Below, piece after piece: positions 9,461-18,787 of a DNA stretch of 64,000 nucleotides. The notes under the pieces were generated by a model, which did not search any database, was not told where the DNA came from, and worked only from the letters and a program-made list of their open reading frames with translations. The translations under genes were made by a program, and so were the position numbers. The DNA is from a virus. Taxonomy: Duplodnaviria; Caudoviricetes. The stretch lies in the IMG/VR virus record IMGVR_UViG_3300025913_000019; one strand, given 5' to 3'. Each line of letters opens with the position of its first letter. Positions within the stretch are counted from its first letter, which is position 1.

Positions 9461-9826
9461 TTAAAGGGTCTGATAGTCTCCGAGATCGGGCATGGCTTGC
9501 AGAGGACCCGTCGACAGAAGTCGATGACCAGCACCGAGACCCATGCCCATCGAGATGGGGCCGGGTTCGCTGTGCATGATCTCGGCGTCACTCTGCTTGA
9601 TGAGGTTCTGGTTCTCATCATCCGGCTGATACCCGGTGTTACCCGGGTTGTCGGCATCATCCATGCCCTTGCCGATCAACTCATCGTCGACTTCGTCTTC
9701 ACGCGGCAACTGGTGGTCGGCCTCCGCTTCGTCCATGTAGGTCGACGGAGGCCGATCAGTTGTGTTGACGACGGAGGCGAGGATGGAGATCAGCGAGCTC
9801 AGTCTGGCCTTCGCCTGCAGCTTCAT
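9461..9826 (-). CDS. Acidic putative internal virion protein with LxAKxRL signal
   Basis: Starts MKLQAKARLS at 9826 (TGATG overlap). Confidence 0.7.
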   Translation of the reverse strand: MKLQAKARLSSLISILASVVNTTDRPPSTYMDEAEADHQLPREDEVDDELIGKGMDDADNPGNTGYQPDDENQNLIKQSDAEIMHSEPGPISMGMGLGAGHRLLSTGPLQAMPDLGDYQTL

Positions 9827-10149
9827 CACAGTTCCTCGTGGAGGTGGACCTTGCCGCCGATGTGCTCCATGACCCAGCCGGGCTCGCCTTTCTTCGACCA
9901 CGTGATCTTGGACCCGTGGTCCGCGATCTTGTAGCCGAGGTGGGTGAACACCAGCTTGTTCAGGTCGCGGGCGCCGATCTTGAACATGCCATCGGAGAGA
10001 CGGCCGTTGCTCTTAATCTCCTGGCGCCCGTTGTGCGTGAGCTCGAAGTCAGCGGTCTCGAACGTGTCCTTCAGGACTTCCAGCAGCCGCGGGCCCAGGG
10101 TCTTGAGGTCCTGCAACGCCAGCAGCCGCGACTTCGCGTGCAACTTCAT
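9826..10149 (-). CDS. Putative internal virion protein with LxAKxRL signal
   Basis: Starts MKLHAKSRLLA at 10149. Confidence 0.7.
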   Translation of the reverse strand: MKLHAKSRLLALQDLKTLGPRLLEVLKDTFETADFELTHNGRQEIKSNGRLSDGMFKIGARDLNKLVFTHLGYKIADHGSKITWSKKGEPGWVMEHIGGKVHLHEEL

Positions 10150-10157
10150 GATCGGCC

Positions 10158-10676
10158 TCAGAACGTGTTGCCGTCGTTGATGTAGTCGAAGCTGAACGTG
10201 AGGCTCAGGTCGATCACCGTCGAGCTCGCGCCGTCGAACTGCACGTCCGCGATTTCGGTGATGAAGCAGCCAGCGAGGATCATCGTCTGGCTGATGGCGC
10301 CGGCGTTGTCGTAGACGTCGAGCTCCAGGTTGACCTTGTAGGCCGCCGAGTTCGAGCCCGTGTTGTTCTTCCACGAGCGCTGGAAGTCGCGCCACGCGCG
10401 CATCGCCATGTAGGTCGAGTAGTCGACCGTCTCCATGATCGTGGCGTTGAACGTGTGCTGGTACGTGGCACGGCCGGCTTCCTGCTTCTTCATGCCGTGC
10501 AGCTCGATGCCGACGGGTTCGATGGAGCTGGAAGGCAGGGCCGTGGTCTTGCACTTGTACGTCATCGACCGCGCGATACCGGAGGTGCCCGGGACCGTGG
10601 GGAAGAAGAGGTCGAAGTTCCAGGACTGCGCGGCGTCGGGCAGGTTCTGGATGTTGTCGTAGCTGGTACGTGCCAT
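10158..10676 (-). CDS. Tail tube protein (gp19-like)
   Basis: 172 aa directly after sheath; NFDLFF, CKTTALP, GCFITEI..VQFD...LSLTFSFD beta-rich pattern. Confidence 0.75.
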   Translation of the reverse strand: MARTSYDNIQNLPDAAQSWNFDLFFPTVPGTSGIARSMTYKCKTTALPSSSIEPVGIELHGMKKQEAGRATYQHTFNATIMETVDYSTYMAMRAWRDFQRSWKNNTGSNSAAYKVNLELDVYDNAGAISQTMILAGCFITEIADVQFDGASSTVIDLSLTFSFDYINDGNTF

Positions 10677-10699
10677 GTCTGTTCCTTGAGAGAGTTGGA

Positions 10700-10725
10700 G
10701 GCCGGTCCTAATCAAAGGACCGGCC
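10700..10725 (-). other. Sheath-tube intergenic hairpin (mRNA stability or processing)
   Basis: GGCCGGTCCT-AATCAA-AGGACCGGCC; no U tract. Confidence 0.55.
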
Positions 10726-10733
10726 AGGGCTCA

Positions 10734-12671
10734 TCACTGCGTGTTGCCGTTGACCTGCGACAGGGTTTCGCTGAACGTCACGCCCTGCTTCGAGATCACG
10801 ATCTGCAGTTGGATCTCGTGGATCGGGATGTTCGGCACGAGGACCACCGTCACCACGAGCACGCCTGCGTTGGCCGTCGCCGCGCTGTTGTTGCCGTTGT
10901 CGCACTCGACCGTGTACGAGTTCAGGCCGTTGGCACGGACCACGGCATCCAGGTACTGGCTGCAGCTGTTGATGATCTGGCGACGGACGGCGTCCGTGTC
11001 CATCTCTTGCAGCGAGTACAGCAGGAACTTGTACAGCGAGACCTTGATGACGTTCGTGATGCGACGCACCGACAGCCACGACAGGGCCGACTGCTGGCCC
11101 GCCAGCGTCAGTTGCTCCCACAGCGCGATGCCTTGACCCACGAACGTGCGGGTGTAGGACACCTGCGCGTTGAAGAGGGCCGTGGCTTCGCCGTCATCGT
11201 AGGCGTAGCGCTGCTTCAGCACGTTCAGCAGGCCGCGGTTCAGGCCGGCGATCGAGTACGCGGGGTTCGCCACGCGATCGGTACGCGCGCACAGGGCAGC
11301 CGCCCAGCCCGAAGGCGGGTTGTAGACCTGCATGCCGTTGATGAGGTCCGCCTGCAGCAGGTCGGGACCGAACAGCGCGCTGTACGTCGAGTTGAGGTTC
11401 AGGCTCAGGTTGCGGTAGTCGATCGAAGCCTGGAACTTCTGGCTGGCCGAGGGAACGTCGATCAGGGACACGGCATCGCCGCGGGCCTGCACCAGCGAGT
11501 CGATCGCCAGCTGGTAGATCGGGTCGGCGATACCCGCGTTCACGAACACGTTCGTGCCGTACAGACTCTTGTTCGAGAACACCTGCATCGCAGCCGCGAT
11601 CTGGTAGCTGGTCGGGGTCGAACCCGACGCGCCGCCGGTCATGGCCTGCGGGCCTGCGTTGCCGATTGCGGGCACCGACGTCAGCGCCGGCACGTTCGAC
11701 ACCACCTGGATGTAGGACGAGAACGGGTTGATGTGGTGCTCGAGTTCCAGCTGCGTGCCGTCGGACCCGATCTTCTGCTTGAGCGTGCAGGTCCAGGCTT
11801 CCAGCGCGCCTTGGTTCGGCTGCGTGTTGTCCGTGACGTAGACGATGAACTCGTCCGAGCCGACGACCAGGCCGCCGTCCGTGATCGGCTGGTGTCCAGT
11901 GTCGGGAACGACGGTGCCGTCATCCACGAACGTCAGAGTCGAGGCGCCGACCGTGGCCACCAGACCGTAGGTGCCGCCCGTGGCACGGCCGTACAGGTTG
12001 TAGCCGATGGCGCCGTCGACCGCATCCCAGGTCAGGGTGATGGAGGCGATCGGGACCGACAGGCCGCCCAGCACCACTTGCACCTGCGAGCTGGCCAGCG
12101 ATTCGCCGGTCGGGCTCAGGGCCGACACTTGGTACGTGTAGGTCGCAGGCGACATCGAGCCGCTGCCGGTCTGCGCGTTGGCATCCAGGCCGGTCGGGGC
12201 TTGCACGGCCGCCGTCGCGATTTCGATCGAGTAGTTGTTGCCGTAGGAGCCAGGACCGCGGTTCGGGTAGAACAGGGCGATGGCCTTTTCACCCGGGCTC
12301 ACCAGGGTGCTCAGGTCCGTGTTCAGCGGGTCGGCCGTGACCTGACCCTTCAGCACGGTCGTGCCCGAGCTGTTGGCGTACATCAGCACGCCGGCGTATT
12401 CGGCACCGGCGCCGACGACGCGCAGACCCCACGCCTGGTTGCCTTCGGTGAAGTAGTTCAGGCCGGCCTGGACCGTCATCGAGATCGACGGGTCCGGGTT
12501 GCCGTATTCGTCGAGCCAGTCCCGAGCGTTCGTGAACAGCAGGGGATGGGTCGAACCTTGCTTCGAGATCACGGGGACCGCAGCCACCGTGACCGACGTG
12601 CTGGTGATGACGGAGCTGAGGTTGATCTCGGTGACACGGATGTCCGATGCGCGGGAAACGAGCTGGGTCAT
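10734..12671 (-). CDS. Contractile tail sheath protein
   Basis: 645 aa; YGNPD/NYF N-terminal motif, GGASG, PSGW.A...ARTD, AGLNRG, LSVRR, C-terminal V.V.LVP. Confidence 0.9.
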   Translation of the reverse strand: MTQLVSRASDIRVTEINLSSVITSTSVTVAAVPVISKQGSTHPLLFTNARDWLDEYGNPDPSISMTVQAGLNYFTEGNQAWGLRVVGAGAEYAGVLMYANSSGTTVLKGQVTADPLNTDLSTLVSPGEKAIALFYPNRGPGSYGNNYSIEIATAAVQAPTGLDANAQTGSGSMSPATYTYQVSALSPTGESLASSQVQVVLGGLSVPIASITLTWDAVDGAIGYNLYGRATGGTYGLVATVGASTLTFVDDGTVVPDTGHQPITDGGLVVGSDEFIVYVTDNTQPNQGALEAWTCTLKQKIGSDGTQLELEHHINPFSSYIQVVSNVPALTSVPAIGNAGPQAMTGGASGSTPTSYQIAAAMQVFSNKSLYGTNVFVNAGIADPIYQLAIDSLVQARGDAVSLIDVPSASQKFQASIDYRNLSLNLNSTYSALFGPDLLQADLINGMQVYNPPSGWAAALCARTDRVANPAYSIAGLNRGLLNVLKQRYAYDDGEATALFNAQVSYTRTFVGQGIALWEQLTLAGQQSALSWLSVRRITNVIKVSLYKFLLYSLQEMDTDAVRRQIINSCSQYLDAVVRANGLNSYTVECDNGNNSAATANAGVLVVTVVLVPNIPIHEIQLQIVISKQGVTFSETLSQVNGNTQ

Positions 12672-12673
12672 GA

Positions 12674-12991
12674 TTATTCAGCCTTCGTGTCGTTGGTGAC
12701 GGGAGCCGGAGCCTTGGCCACCGCGGTGATCTTCACGGCCGCGCTCGACTTCGAGGCTGCGGCGGCCGCGTCGCTGATCGGTGCCTGCGGGATTTCCATC
12801 GGGGTCTCCGACTTCGAGTCGGTGAAGGTCTTGACCTTGGAGCCTTGCTGACTCAGCCAGTTCGTGTTGACCTTGTAGCCGTCCGGGATCGTGACGCGGC
12901 GGCTGGGTGCCACGGTTGCGTAGTCGACCTTGCCGTCGGGTGTGACCAGCTTGACCGGCACCGCGTGCTTGTTCAGGTTCAGAACGTCCAT
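12674..12991 (-). CDS. Small virion-associated hypothetical protein
   Basis: 105-aa ORF directly upstream of sheath; GAGGA SD. Confidence 0.65.
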   Translation of the reverse strand: MDVLNLNKHAVPVKLVTPDGKVDYATVAPSRRVTIPDGYKVNTNWLSQQGSKVKTFTDSKSETPMEIPQAPISDAAAAASKSSAAVKITAVAKAPAPVTNDTKAE

Positions 12992-13002
12992 TTTGGGGTC
13001 CT

Positions 13003-13656
13003 CTAGTTGAAGGGGAAGAACTGCTCGCCGGGCTTCGGTGGCGGGCCGTCAGCAAGAACGACCTGATTGATCCGACCGCGCGTCATCAGCAACGCCTCGG
13101 AGAGCCAACCGTGGATCGTGACGTTGGTGGTGACCGTGTAGACGGACTCGGTCTCTGCCGGATTCTCGCGCTTCGGGATCTGCAGGCTGTCCGTCAAGGT
13201 CGATGTGACCGTGAGCTTGGAGAGTCCATAGTCGATGCCGAAATTCAGCGCACCATTGCGCCGCGTGAACCACCACCGGCGCTTGAAGAAGTCGACCGAG
13301 TCCTCATTGCCTTGGAACTTGTCGGTGATGTACGTGACCTCGACCTCGAAGTTCGTCGGCAGCACCTTCACGGTCTGGAACTGCTTGCCGTCCTGGTTCA
13401 TTGTCACGGGGATACCATGTCGAGCCAGGCGGTTGGTCGGATACGACTCCGTGTTCGGGCTGGACCCGGACTCGTAGAGGAACAGGTACGGATACTCGGG
13501 CTGACGGTTACCCAGCATCGTCTTCAGGGTCGGGAGCGCGTCAGGGCTCTGAACCCAAATGGCAGGGGCACGGAACTGGCTCTGCATCCGCTGCTCGAAG
13601 CCCGCCCGCACGAACTTGTCTACTGGGTCGATTTCGGTTTGCGGCTTAGCGTCCAT
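13003..13656 (-). CDS. Putative tail completion/terminator protein
   Basis: 217 aa; position upstream of sheath; product from synteny only. Confidence 0.4.
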   Translation of the reverse strand: MDAKPQTEIDPVDKFVRAGFEQRMQSQFRAPAIWVQSPDALPTLKTMLGNRQPEYPYLFLYESGSSPNTESYPTNRLARHGIPVTMNQDGKQFQTVKVLPTNFEVEVTYITDKFQGNEDSVDFFKRRWWFTRRNGALNFGIDYGLSKLTVTSTLTDSLQIPKRENPAETESVYTVTTNVTIHGWLSEALLMTRGRINQVVLADGPPPKPGEQFFPFN

Positions 13657-13666
13657 GTTCGATGCC

Positions 13667-13675
13667 CATAAAATT
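13667..13675 (-). promoter_or_regulatory. Candidate late promoter AATTTTATG
   Basis: Follows terminator; same 9-mer at 28399-28407 and 45315-45323. Confidence 0.6.
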
Positions 13676-13685
13676 AGGGGACAAA

Positions 13686-13713
13686 GGTCGCAGCATAGTT
13701 AAATGCTGCGACC
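13686..13713 (-). other. 11-bp hairpin between terminator and promoter
   Basis: GGTCGCAGCAT-AGTTAA-ATGCTGCGACC. Confidence 0.55.
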
Positions 13714-13720
13714 CATGTGA

Positions 13721-13746
13721 GAAAAGGGAGCACGAGGGCTCCCTTT
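13721..13746 (-). terminator. Rho-independent terminator ending head operon
   Basis: AAAGGGAGC-ACGAGG-GCTCCCTTT; U tract on minus strand. Confidence 0.75.
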
Positions 13747-13774
13747 CCAAAGCACCGTAGGGTGCGGCTCGTGC

Positions 13775-14305
13775 TTACTTGCCGTCGCGGGTGCGCTTCA
13801 TCGACGACAGGACTTCCGCCATGCGGCGGCCGGCCACCACCGGCTCGACCGGGGCTTCGTCGACTTCTTCGTCCTCGACGACGTCGTCGAGCGGGTCACC
13901 GTCGAAAGCGTCGGCTTCGATGACGGGCTCCTCCTCGATCACCTCTTCGGCGACCGGGGCTTCTTCGACCATTTCCTCCGCCGCTTGCACACGCTTCGCG
14001 GCCGAGACCGGCTTGGCTTGCGTGGGCTTCGTCGGAGCCGCGGCGGGCTTCGCAGCCGCCGTGGTCGTCACGGGCTTGGTCGCGGGCGTCGCTTCCTTCG
14101 CGGCCTTGTTGGAGGCCTCGAGTTGTGCGAACGCCACGCGGTTCGTCGCTTCGATCGTGTTGATCGCGGCCTGGATGTCGGGCTGCTTCATCGCCTTCGC
14201 GAAGAGGCGCGCCGCCAGGACTTCGTCACCGTCGCGATGCATCGCCTGCGCGGCCAGGGCCAGGCAGTCGAGCGCGCGGTTGTACTTCAGCATCGGCTGG
14301 GCCAT
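13775..14305 (-). CDS. Ala/Pro/Glu-rich head-associated protein
   Basis: 176 aa after capsid gene; low-complexity acidic C-half. Confidence 0.65.
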   Translation of the reverse strand: MAQPMLKYNRALDCLALAAQAMHRDGDEVLAARLFAKAMKQPDIQAAINTIEATNRVAFAQLEASNKAAKEATPATKPVTTTAAAKPAAAPTKPTQAKPVSAAKRVQAAEEMVEEAPVAEEVIEEEPVIEADAFDGDPLDDVVEDEEVDEAPVEPVVAGRRMAEVLSSMKRTRDGK

Positions 14306-14352
14306 GTCAGTTCTCCTGGTTGCGTTGGGTTGCGTCTGTTTCGGACCAACCA

Positions 14353-14385
14353 GGGAGGGCCGTCAACTAGTGACTAAGCCCTCCC
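14353..14385 (-). other. Bulged hairpin with ACUAGU at apex
   Basis: GGGAGGGC/GCCCTCCC outer stem, GTCA/TGAC inner stem, ACTAG loop. Confidence 0.55.
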
Positions 14386-14397
14386 CGGCCGATTCGA

Positions 14398-15471
14398 TTA
14401 CAGGCGGTAGCCCTTCGCGAAGGAGCGGCTGTTCGCCACCGACACGGCCAGGGCCTCGTGCAGCACGAAGCCGCGACCCGGGATCTTCTCGATCGAGATG
14501 TCGATCGGGGTCGATTGCAGGCCGCCGCGATCCGAGTACGCGCCGTGGTTCAGGGCGTCCGAGATCACGAAGAACTCGCCTTGGCCCAGGACCTTGTGCT
14601 CCGGATGACGGAACGCGTCCGACGTGACGGTCATGCCGTACATCGTGCCCAGCTCGCCGGTGAGCAGGAGCTCGTGACGGGCCACCGGGTCGATGGCGGT
14701 GAAGAAGTCGGAGTTGCCGACCACGTCCTGCCACAGGTCCGTCGCCATCAGCAGGTGCGCGCCCTTCAGACCCCAGCGGGTCACGTTGGTCACGACCGTC
14801 ATCAGGCTGTACGGCGTCAGCTGGCCCGACACGATGGTCAGGTTGTTGTCGACGCCGACCAGGCTCTGCAGCTGGTTGTAGTAGAGGCGGTCTTCCGCCA
14901 CCATCGTGGCCTCGACGGCCTCGATGTACTTCTCCTGCAGCACGTCGCCGCTGGACTGGTTCAGTTCCACCTGGGGGATGAACGGACGGGCCACGACCGT
15001 CAGTTCCGGCGGGGTGAACCACTTGTCGCGGGTGATCTGCGACTCGACCTTGGTCGGGCTGGTGGACCAGACCGCGGTCACGTTCTTGTTGCGCAGCGGG
15101 AAGCGCGGGATCGAGCCCATCTCGACGTCGATCTTGGCCAGGTACTTGCGCATGAAGCCCTGACGGTTCGCCGTGATGTACAGCGACTCGCTGATCTTCT
15201 CGCCGAGCACGCGGTGGGCCTCGGGGCTGTTGAACGCGGCACGGACCAGGTCCTTCGACTCGGAAGCCGTGATCGCGAGCATGTTGCCGGCCGACGCTGC
15301 GGTCAGGAACTTGCGCTGCTGCTCGAGCAGGTCGCGCTTCGAACTGGCGTTCAGCTCGCCCTTGCCGGAGCCTTGGTAGCGGCCGACGAAGGATTCGCCG
15401 CCGTCGACCGGGCGGAGGTCGGTGGCGAGCACGGGCGACTTGGCCGCGCGGATGTTCACTTGGGTACGCAT
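14398..15471 (-). CDS. Major capsid protein
   Basis: 357 aa; order protease-scaffold-decoration-capsid; HK97-like GELGTMYGMTV and C-terminal beta pattern. Confidence 0.75.
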   Translation of the reverse strand: MRTQVNIRAAKSPVLATDLRPVDGGESFVGRYQGSGKGELNASSKRDLLEQQRKFLTAASAGNMLAITASESKDLVRAAFNSPEAHRVLGEKISESLYITANRQGFMRKYLAKIDVEMGSIPRFPLRNKNVTAVWSTSPTKVESQITRDKWFTPPELTVVARPFIPQVELNQSSGDVLQEKYIEAVEATMVAEDRLYYNQLQSLVGVDNNLTIVSGQLTPYSLMTVVTNVTRWGLKGAHLLMATDLWQDVVGNSDFFTAIDPVARHELLLTGELGTMYGMTVTSDAFRHPEHKVLGQGEFFVISDALNHGAYSDRGGLQSTPIDISIEKIPGRGFVLHEALAVSVANSRSFAKGYRL

Positions 15472-15513
15472 GTTGGGAAACTCCTGATTGGTTGATGTGT
15501 GTCAGACGACCGA

Positions 15514-16194
15514 TCAGGCGGCGCTGAACTCGATGCCGAGGAACGGCACGTCCTGCGTCGGCTGCGCGACCACGTAGGCACCGACCAGGGCCACGCCGGA
15601 GCCGCCCACGGTCAGGATGCCGCCGGCGCCCAGGTTGATCGAGGCGGGCGAGAACCAGTTGACCGACGCGTCGAACTGGTCGGTGTAGATCAGGCCGCGC
15701 TTGATGAGGCCGATCTGGCCGACGTAGGCGCCGGCGTAGCCGCCGGGCTGCACGTCACCTTGCATGGCGCGCGCCTGGATCACCGAGGCCGGGTACTTGT
15801 AGGTCACCAGCACGGTGTCGCCGGAGGTCAGGCCGTTGACGGTGTTGCCCACGACGGTCACGCCACCCGTGATGGGGACGGCGGCGCCGGTGGTCGAGTC
15901 GAAGACGAAGACCTGGCCGGCTTGCGGCGCGAAGGCCAGCTGCACGGTGCCCGAGGACGGGACGATGAACTTCTCGACCTTGGACAGGTACGCGGCCGCG
16001 AACGGGGCAGCGCTGACGCCGGCGAACGAGAAGCCGGCGAAGAGCTCGCCGCTCGTGCCTTGCGACGGGGTCACGCCGGTGGACGTGGCGCCCGCGGCGC
16101 GGACCAGGGCTTGGCCCTCGGCGGTGATGGCGGCACCGGAAGCGACGACGGTTTCGCTGCTGTCCGGGAACTTCGAGAGAGGCAGGTAGAGCAT
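15514..16194 (-). CDS. Capsid decoration/cement protein
   Basis: 226 aa, Gly/Ala/Val-rich, immediately upstream of capsid gene. Confidence 0.55.
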   Translation of the reverse strand: MLYLPLSKFPDSSETVVASGAAITAEGQALVRAAGATSTGVTPSQGTSGELFAGFSFAGVSAAPFAAAYLSKVEKFIVPSSGTVQLAFAPQAGQVFVFDSTTGAAVPITGGVTVVGNTVNGLTSGDTVLVTYKYPASVIQARAMQGDVQPGGYAGAYVGQIGLIKRGLIYTDQFDASVNWFSPASINLGAGGILTVGGSGVALVGAYVVAQPTQDVPFLGIEFSAA

Positions 16195-16224
16195 GTGGAC
16201 TCCGTTGGAAAGTTGGGAAGGAGA

Positions 16225-17751
16225 TCAGCCGACCAGCGACTGGTTGCCGAACAGCAGCTTGTTCACGCTGGCCATGTCGGAGATGCCAGCGGTGACCTTG
16301 CCACCGGGTTGCGAGAGACGACGGGGGCCGGCCGACGAGAGGGCCGCGGTCACCGACGACGGAGCGCCGATGTCCTCGAACTCGTCTTCCGTGTCGTCGC
16401 CATCGACTTCGCTGTCGACCTCGGTGCCCGCGTCATCCACGAAGTCCTCGTCGCTGGTCATGTCCAGCGCTTCAGCGTGGTTGTCACGGACTTCCTCGGG
16501 CATGGCAGCGATGCGTTGCGCGAGGGTGAGGATCGACTTCGCGTACTCGACGCCGTGTTCGGCGAACGCGGCCGAGATCAGGGACTGCGCGCCGCGCACG
16601 CCGGCCTGCTTGAGCTGTTCGAGCAGAGCGGCCTTGAGCGGGTTGGGCGCATCCTTGAAGTAGCGCTTGTTGATGCCGACGGCGGCGATGGCCAGGCTCT
16701 GTTCCATCGCGGCGTTCTGCTTGGCAATGGCTTCGACGCGCGACTTCATGCCGGCTTCGACCTTGGCCTGCACGACACGGCTGGTGGCCTTGGAAGCCGA
16801 CAGCGTGACCTTGGCCAGCGTGAAGCCTTGTGCCACCAGGCCGCGACGCAGGCCCTTGGTGTCGATCGCGTGAGCGACGACGTCCTGGTACTGCGGGGTC
16901 TGGTACACGTCCGTGACGTTGAGCTTGCGCGCCGCGGCCGGACCCATCGAAGCGATGATGCGGTTGCTGCGGATCACGTGCACGGCGGCGCCGATGGAGG
17001 CGAACGCGAGGGCATCACTGCCTTCGCCGTCTTCCACGTTGTCGACGTCGACCAGCGGCATCTGCTCTTCAGCAGCGGCCGGGGCTTCGGCTTCGAAGTC
17101 GGCGCATTCCATCGCCGGGGCTTCGTTCGGCGCGCCCGCGCCCATGTCGGCTTCGACCGGGGCTTCCGGGGCCGGGGCTTCGAAGCCCACGTCCTCGAAC
17201 TCGTCGTCGTCCAGGTCGTCGGCGCCGGCGCTCAGCGACGGGAGGTCGTCGAACTCGGTGCTGGCGGCCATCGGATCGGACTCGTCGTCTTCCTCGAACT
17301 CGTCGGCACCCGGAGCTTCCGGCGCCGGGGCGTCGTTCAGCTCGTTCTCTTCGTCGGCACTGGCGTTGTGGACGACGGGCATGCCCGCTTCCTTCTCCAG
17401 GTAACCGGCGCCGGGATCGACGTCGTTGTCGAGCTGCGAGATGTTGCCGCTGGAAGGCATGGTCTCGTCCTTCAGCGACTGGGCAGGTGCGCCGTTGGCT
17501 TGCACCGCCGGCTTCTTCTTGGCCGCGGCCACCGGCGTGGCGCTGGCGGTCGTGGGGGCCTTGGTCTTGCCGGGCATCTTGGGCTCCTCTTGCGAATGCG
17601 TGGGGCCGGACTCGAGGCTCGCGGGGTCGATGAGCATCATCGGCTGTTGCGAGTTTTCGAGACCTTGGTCGCCCTGCTCGACCTTGAGATCCTTGCCGTT
17701 GCCGTCATGGGTCATCGTGGTCGAGGCTGCTGCGTGAACCTTGTCGGTCAT
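16225..17751 (-). CDS. Prohead scaffold protein
   Basis: About 508 aa from ATG 17751 (GGAG SD); highly acidic low-complexity N-half, helical C-half; position between protease and capsid. Confidence 0.6.
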   Translation of the reverse strand: MTDKVHAAASTTMTHDGNGKDLKVEQGDQGLENSQQPMMLIDPASLESGPTHSQEEPKMPGKTKAPTTASATPVAAAKKKPAVQANGAPAQSLKDETMPSSGNISQLDNDVDPGAGYLEKEAGMPVVHNASADEENELNDAPAPEAPGADEFEEDDESDPMAASTEFDDLPSLSAGADDLDDDEFEDVGFEAPAPEAPVEADMGAGAPNEAPAMECADFEAEAPAAAEEQMPLVDVDNVEDGEGSDALAFASIGAAVHVIRSNRIIASMGPAAARKLNVTDVYQTPQYQDVVAHAIDTKGLRRGLVAQGFTLAKVTLSASKATSRVVQAKVEAGMKSRVEAIAKQNAAMEQSLAIAAVGINKRYFKDAPNPLKAALLEQLKQAGVRGAQSLISAAFAEHGVEYAKSILTLAQRIAAMPEEVRDNHAEALDMTSDEDFVDDAGTEVDSEVDGDDTEDEFEDIGAPSSVTAALSSAGPRRLSQPGGKVTAGISDMASVNKLLFGNQSLVG

Positions 17752-17781
17752 GAGCACTCCTTGGGTCAAAGTTGATGAGTA

Positions 17782-17817
17782 GGTTAGCCAAAGCGTACTA
17801 GTCCGCTCAGGCTAACC
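17782..17817 (-). other. Leader hairpin of scaffold/capsid operon with ACUAGU in loop
   Basis: GGTTAGCC/GGCTAACC outer stem, AGCG/CGCT inner stem, TACTAGTC loop. Confidence 0.55.
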
Positions 17818-17910
17818 CGCTCGCGTTCTCAGGCGTTCCCGCCCGCAAAATAAAAATGTATGTCGCAGAATCCGGGCGAAATCAGAGGTGCACCCGAAAG
17901 TCAGGGCGAG

Positions 17911-17945
17911 AAAAAGGCCGTGACTCGTTGCCAAGTCACGGCCTT
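17911..17945 (-). terminator. Rho-independent terminator
   Basis: AAGGCCGTGACT-CGTTGCCA-AGTCACGGCCTT; U tract on minus strand. Confidence 0.8.
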
Positions 17946-17961
17946 GTTCGTTGATCTCGCT

Positions 17962-18447
17962 TTACAACTGCGTTCTCACATCCGCATCGAGTGGTGTGAA
18001 ACGCCGTTTCAATTCCGGAGCATCACTTGCTCTCCGGCGATTGTGACGGCGCTGCAATTTGGTCTCCAACGACGCGAGTAATACGTAGTCACCAAGTAGG
18101 TGACGAACCGAGATGCGTGCAATGACTACACCACTGATGGTGACGCCATGACGATTCGGCCACTCGTAGACCTTGCCTCGAATCTTGCAGCACCTGTTGG
18201 AGTCTGCAAGTCGCACACCGGTGCGAGCCTGAACGAAGCAGTGGATCGGAAGTGGATCGGAGAAAGAGTCGCCAACCAGCACGAGGTCGGCGTCGAGTTC
18301 ATCGTCCCTGTGCGCGATCAGAAACGCGGCCACGGCTTGCCGCGCGTCTGTCTGCACCTTGTCTAGAGGTCGGAGCCCTGGCTGCAGCATGGCAACCAGT
18401 GTACCGACATATGCACGCTGGGACGGATCGCTCAGGTGCGTCTTCAT
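17962..18447 (-). CDS. Hypothetical protein with atypical codon usage
   Basis: ATG 18447 with GAGGGAG SD; many A/T-ending codons. Confidence 0.5.
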   Translation of the reverse strand: MKTHLSDPSQRAYVGTLVAMLQPGLRPLDKVQTDARQAVAAFLIAHRDDELDADLVLVGDSFSDPLPIHCFVQARTGVRLADSNRCCKIRGKVYEWPNRHGVTISGVVIARISVRHLLGDYVLLASLETKLQRRHNRRRASDAPELKRRFTPLDADVRTQL

Positions 18448-18514
18448 GGTCTCCCTCGTTTGAATGCGATCGACCCTCTCGACGACCGCACGCACACTTA
18501 GGTTTTCTCGGTTC

Positions 18515-18778
18515 TTATTGGTTCGTCTTCTGCGCCTTGACGGCGCTGGCGCTCGAGCCCGCGTTCTTCAGGCGGGCAACGGCGCCCACCTTCATCGGGT
18601 TCGGAGCTTCCGCGTTGGCAGCGGGTTCGGCATTCAGACCGACAGCTCGCGAGCCACCGTTGCCGAGCCTGGCAACCGGTTGCGTCTGCGGTGCGGTGTT
18701 CTCGCTCGTGTGCAGCGAGGTCGAGGCTCCGAGTTCGGAACCGAGGCGGCTCTTGGCCTTCAGCTTGATGTCGTTCAT
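18515..18778 (-). CDS. Small protein with LxAKxRL signal
   Basis: Starts MNDIKLKAKSRLG; AAGGA SD. Confidence 0.65.
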   Translation of the reverse strand: MNDIKLKAKSRLGSELGASTSLHTSENTAPQTQPVARLGNGGSRAVGLNAEPAANAEAPNPMKVGAVARLKNAGSSASAVKAQKTNQ

Positions 18779-18787
18779 GGTCGTCCT

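Noticed and set aside
14000-14025. VSAAKRVQAA in the post-capsid protein as a 16th signal
   Set aside because: Only a loose match, in low-complexity Ala/Lys sequence.
17795-17803. GTACTAGT similar to a TrpR operator half-site
   Set aside because: Single half-site with no trp context; better explained as a hairpin loop.
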